Source: an uncultured Fibrobacterota bacterium
Lineage (GTDB): Bacteria; Fibrobacterota; Chitinivibrionia; Chitinivibrionales; FEN-1185
NCBI GenBank assembly: GCA_963753345.1
Contig: CAVWBU010000008.1
Location: forward strand, 1 to 17,275
Length of the DNA stretch: 17,275 nucleotides
Direction of reading: 5' to 3'
The stretch's first letter is position 1. Each line of letters opens with the position of its first letter. Below, in pieces: positions 7,481 through 16,422 of this stretch. Below the pieces are notes generated by a model that had not been told where the DNA came from, did no database searches, and worked only from the letters and a program-made list of their open reading frames with translations. Made by a program: the position numbers and the translations under genes.

Positions 7481-9512
7481 CTAATCCCACATCCCCTTCA
7501 TCTTGTCCCTTACGTCAACAGGCGTTCCTGTGGCGTCGGGCGCGCCAGGCGCGTCGGGCGAGGCCTCTTCCCCGAACGTCACCTGCTCCATGGTTTTCGA
7601 AACGTCCGGGGTAAAGAACCTGCTCATCTGCGAGTACACATGGCGGTCCGAATGACCTGCGGGGTGCGAATAGAACCTCTGCGGCCACGCAACATACAGA
7701 TGGTTGCGCGCACGGGTCATGGCCACGTAGGCGAGGCGCAGTTCCTCTTCGATGCTTTCGGCGGTGTCGGTTGACATGTCGGAAGGCAGGCACCCGTCGG
7801 CGGCGTGAATGAGATACACAACGTCCCATTCGCACCCTTTTGCGGAATGAATGGTGGAAAGAACCAGATAGTCCTCGTCGCGGAACGGCGGCTGGGCAAG
7901 GTCGCTCGTGGACACCGGCGGGTCAAGCACCATTTCCGCGAGAAACTGCGAGCGCGACGCGCAGCCCGAGGCGAGGCTCACGATATGCTCGATGTCGGCG
8001 CGCCGAGGCTCCGGGTTTTCGTAATTCTCTTGCAGGAGCGGAACGTAGTACGCCGCCACGCGCTCCAACTGGACGGCAAGAGCGGGTTCCGCGCCGCAGG
8101 CGCAGTCGGCAATGAGTCCGGCGAGCGCCGCCACTTCGCGGTCTGCCGGCGACGGAAGCGGCAGCGACTTCAGCGCGTCGAGCGAAAAGCCTGCGCTGTC
8201 CAACCGCTCGAACACCGCGCCCGCCGTGGCCGGCCCCACGCCGTCGAGAAGGTTGAGCACCCTGAACCAGGCCATTTCGTCGCGCGGGTTCTCCGTGATG
8301 CGGAGAATGGCGACGAAGTCCTTGACATGCGCGGCTTCGAGAAACTTGAGGCCGCCGTACTTGTGAAACGGAATGTCCCTTTTTGCAAGGGCGATCTCGA
8401 GCGCCGCCGAATGGGAGGAGGCGCGGAAGAGCACGGCCTGCCTGCGCAGGGGCGTGCCCTGCTCGAGATGTTCCAGAACGCGGCGTACCACGAAATCGGC
8501 CTCGAATTCCTCGTCTTTGCAGGTGACGAGCTGGGGCGTGCTGCCCCCGGGCCTCGTTGAAAACAGGGTCTTGGAATAACGCTCCTTTGCCTGGGCGATA
8601 AGCGTATTGGTGGCGGCAAGGATCTGAGGCGTGGAGCGGTAGTTCTGTTCAAGCGTGACCAGCGTCGTGCCCGGGAACAGTGCCGGGAAGTCGAGCATGT
8701 TCCGCACGGTTGCGGCGCGGAAGCCGTAGATGCTCTGCGCGTCGTCCCCCACGGCCATGATGTTCTTGTTGGCGCGGCGCATGGCCAACAGGATTTCGGC
8801 CTGCGTCCTGTTGGTGTCCTGGTATTCGTCGACCAGAATATGGTCGAACCGGGACGCGCACGCATCGCCCGCTGCGGGGTGGTCGAGCAGGTGGCGCCAG
8901 TACACCAGAAGGTCGTCGTAGTCGAGGAGGTTCCGTTTCTGCTTGAGCACGACGTACTCTTTGTAAACAGCCTTGAGTTCCTTTTTCCACCGATCGCACC
9001 AGGGGAAGAGGGAGGAGAGAATCGTGCCGAGGTCTTCGCCGGAATTCATGCGCCGCGAATAGATGGCCAGCAGGGTGCCCTTGCCGGGGAAACGGCCCTT
9101 GCTTTTTGCGTCGACGGCCTTATGCCGGATCACGTCGAGCATGTCTTCGCTGTCCGATTGGTCAAGTATGGTGAATTCCGGCGCCAGGGATAGGGAGCGG
9201 CCGTACATGCGCAGGAGACGGTTGGCGACGGCATGGAACGTGCCGCCCCACACCTGCGAGGTGAGGGCGGAGTCGGCGGCCGAGCGCCGCGGCCGCTCTC
9301 GAAAGCATTTCCCGCGCGGCGCGGCGCGTGAAGGTGAGAAGCAGGATCCTGTCGGGAGGCGTTCCGTTCGCAATAAGAAAGGCCACGCGGCACGCCAGGG
9401 TTTTGGTCTTGCCGCTTCCCGCGCCTGCAACAACGAGGAGCGGGCCTTCGCCGTGCGTTACCGCTTCGCGCTGCTGCGGATTGAGGTCGCTCAGAAAATC
9501 CCGTGAGTCCAT
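7481..9512 (-). CDS. UvrD/Rep/PcrA family SF1A ATP-dependent DNA helicase, one apparent frameshift
   Basis: The N-part (9512 frame) has [19 protein letters not shown] (Walker A) and [13 protein letters not shown]. After a shift at ~9270-9290, the 7481..9433 frame gives [43 protein letters not shown] and [14 protein letters not shown]. Confidence 0.9.
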
Positions 9513-9576
9513 TGCATTTCAAAATACTTCCAACCAGCTCGCCAAAACCATGAACAGAGGAGATGCGGCTGTTGAC

Positions 9577-9611
9577 AAAAAATAAAGCCGCGCCAGGAGG
9601 GGCGCGGCTTT
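9577..9611 (-). terminator. Intrinsic terminator of the GH3 gene
   Basis: AAAGCCGCGCC-6 nt-GGCGCGGCTTT perfect inverted repeat (9584-9611), running into TTTATTTTTT on the minus strand, about 25 nt after the GH3 stop. Confidence 0.88.
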
Positions 9612-9635
9612 GCTCACAGCGGCATTGCTGTTCAA

Positions 9636-12050
9636 CTACGGGTATGTTAGACCGAACCCGTACGCGTAAAGAGGAGGACTTGTGTCGGGGCCTACCGCAT
9701 CACCCATGTTTCCCTCATTGATGGGCTCCTGGTTGTTATTCGCCGGCCAGGTGTAGGGGAGTTTGCCTACAAAATTGTAATCCCCATACAGGACGTCGGT
9801 CACGCCTTCACCTTCCGTACCGGGCAGCCACGCAGCAACAAGGGCCTTGCTGTCGGTAGGAATCGTGCTAAGGGCATTCGGCCTGCCCGTGAGAAGAATG
9901 GTAACGATCGGCTTTCCAGATGCCACACAGGAATGCACCAGGGCTATCTGATCCGCGGCAAGCGTGACATCTGCTCTGTAACCGGCGTCTTCAGCGTAGG
10001 GAGTTTCTCCTACGACACAAACCACCACATCGGCGTCAGTCGGAATGTTCGTGGCGTCGGTGCCATAGTCGATCCTGCCTGTCGAGCTTATTCCGGCTTG
10101 CAAACCCTGAAGGATCGTGGTGGCTCCCGCGATGCCGTGCGCCGTGGTGGAGCCTTGCCATGCATCGCCGCCGGTTTCTGACCAACCGCCGCACTGGACG
10201 CCCATGTTGTCGGCCCAGGCACCGACCACATGGATCTTGCCCGTCTTTTTCAACGGCAGGGTGGCATTATCATTCTTGAGTAGCACAATTGCCTTGCGTG
10301 CGCAGGCGCGCGCCACTGCCCGGTACACAGGGTCTGAAAATACGGTCTGCAATTGCGTACTCGGCATCGGGTTGGCAAAGAGGTTCATTCTCAATTTCAC
10401 CCGCAGGCATCTTTTTACAGCATCGTCAAGTCTCGCCTGGGGAATCAGGCCGCCTACCGCGCCTTTTACCGCTGACAGGAACTGAGTCGTATTATCCGGC
10501 TGCATGCCAACGTCCAGACCGGCTGCCACAGCGTTAACCGGGCCTTGTGTAACGCCGCCAACGGTCGCATCAGTACCCATGTCCCAGTCCGATAGAACAA
10601 ATCCGTCAAATCCCCAGCCATTCTTGAGCGTATCGGTAAGAAGGACTTGGTGCATGGTCATCGGCATGCACGTACTGTTTGTCGATGATGTGAGAAACAG
10701 GTTATAGGAGGTCATTATCGCCTGGGCGCCGGCATTGACTGCCGCATGGAATTGGGGCAGATGAATCCTGCACAATTCATCCCACGTGCCGGTGTTCGTG
10801 CAATTGTGCATTACCCCGTCTTGGGTTCCGCCTGCGCCAGCGAAATGCTTGCACGTGGCGATCATGGTGTAGTCCGACGAAATATCGGTTCCCTGAACTC
10901 CGCGCACCGCGGCCCGGGCAAAGTGAGCTGTGGCATCAACGTTTTCGCCCCAGCCTTCGTACACGCGGCCGTTCTTGTCGTTTCGCGGAACGTCCATGAC
11001 CGGAGCAAAGTTCATGTTGTTTCCAACCTTGCAGCACATGGCGCACTGGCGGTACGCGAGTTCGATAAGGAGAGTGTCTGCGCCGGTGGCAAGCCCCACA
11101 TTATGCGGATAGTAAATCATGGGTCCGCCGTGGACGTAATCGGTGCCGACGGTGACCGGAATCTTTGCGCCCGCCGACATTGCGGCATTCTCGTAGCCCT
11201 GCATGGCGGCGTAGGTGCTTCCTTTTAACGTGGAGCCCACGAAATTTGACCCTTCGTACGCGCCGTTTGACGATTGGACTGTTTGGCCTACCTTTTCGTC
11301 AAGGGTCATCAAGGCCAGAATACTGTCGACTTTCGCTTCGATGTTTATCGCCGTAATGGCAACATTGCCCACATTGTCGGAATAGGTGTTGAGATTCACG
11401 ATTGTTGGTTTGTAACCGGTTTTGCCAACCCTGAGCCCGTCTATTGCTGTCACCTTTGCCAGACGCGGATTCGAACCGGCGCTCGTTTCCTGCTGAGGGC
11501 TGCCGGCTTGATCCATGCCAATACGTATCATGCGGATGGCTTCGGTCTTTGCGCCGTCGCTCAGACGGACGACATACATCTGCTGGGAAACAAGGCCTTT
11601 GCACCCGCCGAAAGGATTAAACGAGTAGGTGCAGCCTCCGGCGCTTACGATCTTGTCCAGCACTCTGGAAACAAGTCTTCCGGAAAGGGAATACACGTCT
11701 GCAGTTATTCTTGAATTCGCCTTGCCGACGTAGAAGAGGAGGTTGGAGCCTTTTTGCTGCGCGAAGAAAGAGGAAGATAATGCCTGTGATTGCGGGAACA
11801 GGTGAACCTGTGTCGCGCAGTCCTTATACATCGGAGGATCGTTCAAAGTCCATTCCGTCGGCGATGGAATGCAAAAACTGCCGTCCGAGTGCGAGTACAC
11901 ATAGTCCATTCTGTTGGCAAAGGTGGTGTAATAGACCATGGCATCTCCAACCGGCGAGCCATTCGCGTCCACAACTTTGCCTGTAACCAACGCACCCGCC
12001 GGACCTGCCAGCATCGCTGCGGCAGCAAGCGCCAAAAGCACCTTTCTCAT
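9636..12050 (-). CDS. Secreted glycoside hydrolase family 3 (beta-glucosidase / exo-beta-glucanase-like) with N-terminal accessory module
   Basis: ATG 12050 with GGGGGAGG RBS and signal peptide MRKVLLALAAAAMLAGPAGA. GH3 motifs: MTLDEKVGQ, DYVHG, FAPVMDVPR...GRVYEGWGE, CKHFAG, FVLSDW (nucleophile), IVLLKN, VGETPYAE, AWLPGTEG, YGFGLTY. 804 aa, no C-terminal Fn3-like domain. Confidence 0.92.
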   Translation of the reverse strand: MRKVLLALAAAAMLAGPAGALVTGKVVDANGSPVGDAMVYYTTFANRMDYVYSHSDGSFCIPSPTEWTLNDPPMYKDCATQVHLFPQSQALSSSFFAQQKGSNLLFYVGKANSRITADVYSLSGRLVSRVLDKIVSAGGCTYSFNPFGGCKGLVSQQMYVVRLSDGAKTEAIRMIRIGMDQAGSPQQETSAGSNPRLAKVTAIDGLRVGKTGYKPTIVNLNTYSDNVGNVAITAINIEAKVDSILALMTLDEKVGQTVQSSNGAYEGSNFVGSTLKGSTYAAMQGYENAAMSAGAKIPVTVGTDYVHGGPMIYYPHNVGLATGADTLLIELAYRQCAMCCKVGNNMNFAPVMDVPRNDKNGRVYEGWGENVDATAHFARAAVRGVQGTDISSDYTMIATCKHFAGAGGTQDGVMHNCTNTGTWDELCRIHLPQFHAAVNAGAQAIMTSYNLFLTSSTNSTCMPMTMHQVLLTDTLKNGWGFDGFVLSDWDMGTDATVGGVTQGPVNAVAAGLDVGMQPDNTTQFLSAVKGAVGGLIPQARLDDAVKRCLRVKLRMNLFANPMPSTQLQTVFSDPVYRAVARACARKAIVLLKNDNATLPLKKTGKIHVVGAWADNMGVQCGGWSETGGDAWQGSTTAHGIAGATTILQGLQAGISSTGRIDYGTDATNIPTDADVVVCVVGETPYAEDAGYRADVTLAADQIALVHSCVASGKPIVTILLTGRPNALSTIPTDSKALVAAWLPGTEGEGVTDVLYGDYNFVGKLPYTWPANNNQEPINEGNMGDAVGPDTSPPLYAYGFGLTYP

Positions 12051-12206
12051 TCTGAACCTCCCCCTTATAAGTTGGAACATATTGTTAAACACTACCGGAA
12101 GACCGATTTCCGTCACGGCACAGCCCGCCCTCACGTACCACCAAATATAATAATAAATGGAGAAGGTTACCCGGCTTTTGTGGCGAAAAAATGATGGATG
12201 GCGGTG

Positions 12207-13802
12207 CTACGCGAAATTTTTATCGTAGCCGGTCTTTTCGGCAATGGCCCTGTGATACAGTTTTACGTATTCCCGGGCGCTCCGTGTCCACGAGAAATCC
12301 TGTTTCATGGCATTGGAAATGAGCCTTGCCGTGTGAAGCCTGCGGTCGAAGTAGGTCGAAACCGCCCAACCGACCGTGTAGTACAGCGCCTGCGCGGAAG
12401 GCTCCCAGAACTTGAATCCTGTGCCGCTGCCGGTCGCTTCGTCGTAATTCACCACCGTGTCGTCGAGCCCGCCGGTGGCCCGGACAATGGGAAGGGTGCC
12501 ATAGCGCAGTGAGTACATCTGGTTGAGACCGCAGGGCTCGTGCATTGACGGCATGAGAAAGAAATCGCAGCCTGCCTCAATGAGGTGGGCGAGCCTGTTG
12601 TTGAACCCGATGAATGAGCCTACTCTGCCGGGATAGCGCGCCGGAAGTTCCCCGAAATAATGTTCGAACCGGCCTTCGCCCGTCCCGAGCATCACAAATT
12701 GAACGCGCATGGCGGTGAGCATGCTTTCGATTGAACGGGCAATGAGTTCGAATCCCTTCTGATGGACGAGCCTTCCCACGGTGCCGAAAAGGGCCGCGCC
12801 CGCGTCTTCGGCGAGAAGGAATTCCCTCTGCAGGGCCCGCTTGCACGCTGCCTTGCCGGCGAGGTTATTCACGGAAAAACGTTTCGGGATTAATGTGTCC
12901 TTCTCGGGCGACCACACTCCGTAGTCGACGCCGTTGAGGATGCCGCAATAGCGGTCGCCCTTGTCGGTGAGGTAGGGCGCGAGGCCGAATCCGCCCTCCG
13001 GCGTGGTCGTCTCGCGCGCGTAGGTGGGGCTCACGGTGTTTATCATGTCGGCGAAGCTGATGCCGCCTTTGAGCATATTTATCCTGCCGTACGACTCGAA
13101 TTTGTCCTGTGTAAAGGACCCGTCGCCGAGCCCCATGTACTTCCAGTGTTCGAGGCCGTACACACCCTGGTAGGCGAGGTTGTGCACGGTGAGCACCGAG
13201 GCCGTCTTTCCGAGTGAACGGTCGTTCCAGTGCCACACCTTGAGATACGCCGCCGCAAGCGCGGTCTGCCAGTCGTTGGCGTGGACGATGTCGGGCGCAA
13301 AGCCGGTGTCCATGCACAACTGGAGCGCCGCCCGCGACAGAAACGCGAAACGCCGCGGATTGTCGGGGTAGTCGTTCATCGAGTGGTCGTGGTAGATGCC
13401 TTCCCTCGAAAAAAACAGGTTGTGTTCTATAAGATAGACCTGAACGCCCGACGCGGCGGTGAGCGAGAGCACCGAACACCACTCGCAGACTCCCCCCATC
13501 CACACGCCCATGGACGGAAGCACTGTTTTTGTGCGATGCCCCCTGTGTTCGAGGCAGGAGTACCGGGGAATGACGACACGGACGTCGTGGCCGAGGAGCT
13601 TGAGTTCGGCGGACAGCGAGCCCACGACGTCTCCCAGCCCGCCCGCCTTGACAAAGGGGACCATTTCCGACGCAACCATGAGGATCTTGAGCGGACCGGA
13701 GCCTTCGGCCGGGGCGCTTTTTGCCAACGACGTGGTGGCCGGAGGATTCTTGCTCCGTGATGTGCAGGTGGAAGCGATTCTGGTACGCTGGTGTTTTCTC
13801 AT
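12207..13802 (-). CDS. glgA: Glycogen synthase (GT5)
   Basis: KILMVASEMVPFVKAGGLGDVV (KxGGL ADP-glucose motif), HANDWQTA, TVHNLAYQG, TVSPTYA, GILNGVD, GRLVHQKG, EPCGLNQM, TGGLDDTV. ATG 13802 lies just downstream of a strong promoter match. The 102 upstream codons in the track ORF are probably not coding. Confidence 0.95.
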   Translation of the reverse strand: MRKHQRTRIASTCTSRSKNPPATTSLAKSAPAEGSGPLKILMVASEMVPFVKAGGLGDVVGSLSAELKLLGHDVRVVIPRYSCLEHRGHRTKTVLPSMGVWMGGVCEWCSVLSLTAASGVQVYLIEHNLFFSREGIYHDHSMNDYPDNPRRFAFLSRAALQLCMDTGFAPDIVHANDWQTALAAAYLKVWHWNDRSLGKTASVLTVHNLAYQGVYGLEHWKYMGLGDGSFTQDKFESYGRINMLKGGISFADMINTVSPTYARETTTPEGGFGLAPYLTDKGDRYCGILNGVDYGVWSPEKDTLIPKRFSVNNLAGKAACKRALQREFLLAEDAGAALFGTVGRLVHQKGFELIARSIESMLTAMRVQFVMLGTGEGRFEHYFGELPARYPGRVGSFIGFNNRLAHLIEAGCDFFLMPSMHEPCGLNQMYSLRYGTLPIVRATGGLDDTVVNYDEATGSGTGFKFWEPSAQALYYTVGWAVSTYFDRRLHTARLISNAMKQDFSWTRSAREYVKLYHRAIAEKTGYDKNFA

Positions 13803-13842
13803 GATCTTTGCGGAGAAAAAATGTCTGGTGAAAACATGCTTG

Positions 13843-13871
13843 ATTTTACCACCTGCACTGCCGAAGGTCAA
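13843..13871 (-). promoter_or_regulatory. Sigma70-type promoter of glgA
   Basis: Minus strand TTGACC-17 nt-TAAAAT with extended -10 TG (TGgTAAAAT), 40 nt upstream of ATG 13802. Confidence 0.7.
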
Positions 13872-13897
13872 CGCCTTTCGGGGCGCGAGACCGGGCG

Positions 13898-13934
13898 AAA
13901 AAAAAGAGGCCGCCGTGACGCCACGGCGGCCTCT
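13898..13934 (-). terminator. Strong intrinsic terminator with no annotated upstream gene
   Basis: Perfect 13-bp stem AGAGGCCGCCGTG-4 nt-CACGGCGGCCTCT (13905-13934), ending in a T8 run on the minus strand only. Confidence 0.8.
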
Positions 13935-14086
13935 GAAAATATATGAGTGCGGCCCTGCGCGAACATAAGGAATAAAAATGTCCGGAAAAGCATACCGGCG
14001 TTGCACCGCCGTTTGCGGACACCGCATCACGGTTGCCGGCGGGGTCCGGTCGTACCCGCAAAATCGGGCGAACGACCAGATTTCAC

Positions 14087-14115
14087 TTGACCGACTTGCA
14101 CGTATCAAATAATTT
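14087..14115 (+). promoter_or_regulatory. Putative sigma70-type promoter of the ferredoxin gene
   Basis: TTGACC-17 nt-TAATTT, about 55 nt upstream of ATG 14169. Confidence 0.5.
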
Positions 14116-14168
14116 TAGACGAAAATTCCAGAGGCTTTCGTATTTACTTTCCATTAAAGGAGACAACA

Positions 14169-14336
14169 ATGGCCCATGTTATCACCGATGCATGCGTGGC
14201 ATGCGGAACCTGCGTTCCCGAGTGCCCGGTCGAAGCAATCAGCGAGGGAGACCCCATTTACGTCATCGACGCTGCTAAATGCACCGACTGCGGAGCGTGC
14301 GCCGAGGCGTGCCCCGCCCAGGCAATCAAGGGCTGA
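14169..14336 (+). CDS. Clostridial-type 2[4Fe-4S] ferredoxin (55 aa; absent from ORF track)
   Basis: Manual translation MAHVITDACVACGTCVPECPVEAISEGDPIYVIDAAKCTDCGACAEACPAQAIKG*, with two CxxCxxCxxxCP motifs and an AAGGAG RBS at 14157-14162. Confidence 0.96.
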   Translation: MAHVITDACVACGTCVPECPVEAISEGDPIYVIDAAKCTDCGACAEACPAQAIKG

Positions 14337-14367
14337 TTCGCATCAGTCAATCCGCACCGCCGTTACG

Positions 14368-14397
14368 ACGTCCCGCCGCCGGCGGAACGTTTTTTTT
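14368..14397 (+). terminator. Intrinsic terminator of the ferredoxin gene
   Basis: ACGT-C-CCGCC-GCC-GGCGG-A-ACGT stem with one mismatch, followed by T7. Confidence 0.75.
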
Positions 14398-14470
14398 GGA
14401 TGCGCGGAAACGGCTGCCCCCGAGCAGAATTCACTTGTAACGCCGTTTTATCCCGACCTAATTTTCCGGT

Positions 14471-16422
14471 ATGGATCCCTGTTGCGTCATCCTCGGCGAT
14501 GCACCCGCGTCCGACCTTGCGCTGGTCGAGGCGGCGGCAGCGGATTTCGGCATCAGCGCCAGGGTTCACGCCGCCGGCGAACCGCTGCCGGATGAGTTCC
14601 GCGACGCGCCCTGGGCGGGGTGCGTATCGTTCGTGCCGTGCAGCAGGAAAGCCCTGCTCGACCTGTTCGCGGTGATGCCTCTCGGGCTGGGGCTCGAAAT
14701 TCCCCTTTTCCAGAAAATTGACACACAGGAATACCCTGCCTTCCTTGCCGACATGCCGGTGGCGGGCTGCTTCCGCTCGCCCCTTACCAGGGCCGACTGC
14801 CGCAACATCATGGCCGCCATCGCGAGCCACGGCGCGCTTACGCAGCAGAAGCGCGAGCTTATGGCCGAAGTGATGAAGTACCGGAAACAGAAGCACCAGC
14901 TCATCACCATCGGCACGGCGCTGTCCCACCAGACCAGCCTCGACGCTCTGCTGGCGCTCATCCTTTCCGAGAGCCGCGAGCTGGTTTCCGCAGACGCGGG
15001 GAGCATTTACATTCGCGAGAAGACCGGGCCGGGAGGTTCGTTTGCAGACAGAATACGATTCAAGATCTCCCAGAACGATTCGGTGGACATCGGCCGGTCA
15101 TCACGGGAATTTTCCATCCCCATCGACGAGACGTCCGTGGCGGGGTTCGTTGCGTTCCACGGAAAGCCGCTTACCATTGATGACCTGACAACGCTCGACG
15201 ACGCGCTTCCCTACAAGAAGACGCGCAAGGGGTACGAAGACCGGTTCGAGTACCGGGTGAAATCCATGCTTGCCGTGCCTCTTACGAACCTGAACGGCGA
15301 GGTGGCGGGCGTGGTGCAGCTCATGAACAAGAAATCGGATCCCTCGCGGAAGCTTCAAGCGGCGCAGGACGCGGACGCGTGCGTGATCCCCTTCACGCTT
15401 TCCGATGAGGACTTTCTGCTTTCCATAGCGTCGCAGGCCGCGGTGTCCATAGAACGCGTACAGCTGCACCAGGAAATCAAGGACATTTTCGAGGGCTACC
15501 TCCGCTCTTCGATCGCGGCGATTGACGAACGGGACAGGGTCACGTACGGACATTCCCGCCGGGTGATGGGGTATGCCATGGCCTTTGCCGACGCCGTGAA
15601 CCGGGAAAACGGCGGCCCGTTCGGCGACCTGCGGTTCTCCGAAGAACGCAAGAACCAGTTCAGGTTCGCCGCGCTTCTCCACGACATAGGCAAGATCGGC
15701 GTTCCCGAGGCGCTCCTCACCAAGGAACACAGGCTTTCGGCGGACGCCATGGAGGTCATCCGCGGCCGTGCGGAATACCTGCGCGCAGTCCTGCGCGCAG
15801 TTGCGCCGGCGCGCGCGGCAAACGGAACCTTCCCCTGGCGCTCGCTCGCGGACGTCGACGCCGACGTCGAATTCCTCGAAACCGTGAACAAGGCCGGCTT
15901 TGTCTCCGACGAAATGTTCTCGCGGCTGCAGGCCATACGCTCGAAGACCTACGCGGATTCGGCCGGTACGGCACATCCGTTTCTGAGCGACCGCGAGTTT
16001 GAAAACCTGAGCGTGCGCAGGGGAAACCTCACCGACAAGGAGCGGGAACGCATCAATTCTCACGCACAGGCAACGCGGCGCATTCTGTCAAGAATTCCCT
16101 GGACGCGGGAGCTTGCGCAGATCCCCGACATAGCCGGCCATCACCACGAGCGGCTCGACGGGTCCGGATACCCCGATGGCCTTACCGACAGCCAGCTGAC
16201 CTTTGAAAGCAAGGCGCTGGCCGTAATTGATATTTACGAGGCGCTGGTGGCGCAGGATCGTCCCTATAAACCCAAAATGCCGCCCCAGAAGGCGATTGAA
16301 ATTCTGCGGGCCGAAGCCGCGGCCCGCCATCTCGACGCCGCCATCGTTGAGTTCTTCGTTGCCAGCGGAACCTTCAATATTTTCCTTGATGAACAGACAT
16401 CCGATGACCCATGCTCAAATAA
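14471..16422 (+). CDS. GAF + HD-GYP domain protein (putative cyclic dinucleotide phosphodiesterase)
   Basis: GAF: LVSADAGSIY...SVAGFVA...SMLAVPL...GVVQLMNK. HD-GYP: GHSRRV, ALLHDIGKIG, ~95-aa insertion, GNLTDKER...H, HHHERLDGSGYPDGL, DIYEAL...DRPYK. As written it reads on to 16579. One extra A at 16417-16419 would give TAA at 16420-16422, which I take as the probable true end. Confidence 0.88.

Noticed and set aside
6711..9512. Helicase + HAD pair as an anti-phage defence module
   Set aside because: The helicase is a typical UvrD/PcrA-like protein with no nuclease, TOPRIM or ATPase partner, in a housekeeping neighbourhood without mobility genes.
13995..14080. c-di-GMP-I riboswitch upstream of glgA, suggested by the nearby HD-GYP gene
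   Set aside because: It lacks the GGCAAAC...GNRA tetraloop...GACGCAAAGC arrangement. Kept only as an unassigned structured region.
13803..14108. 102-codon N-terminal extension of GlgA in the ORF track
   Set aside because: It crosses a strong terminator and the glgA promoter and has no GT5 similarity. Most likely a chance open frame.
14176..14595. 139-aa + strand ORF
   Set aside because: It is an alternative frame over the real ferredoxin gene and its terminator.
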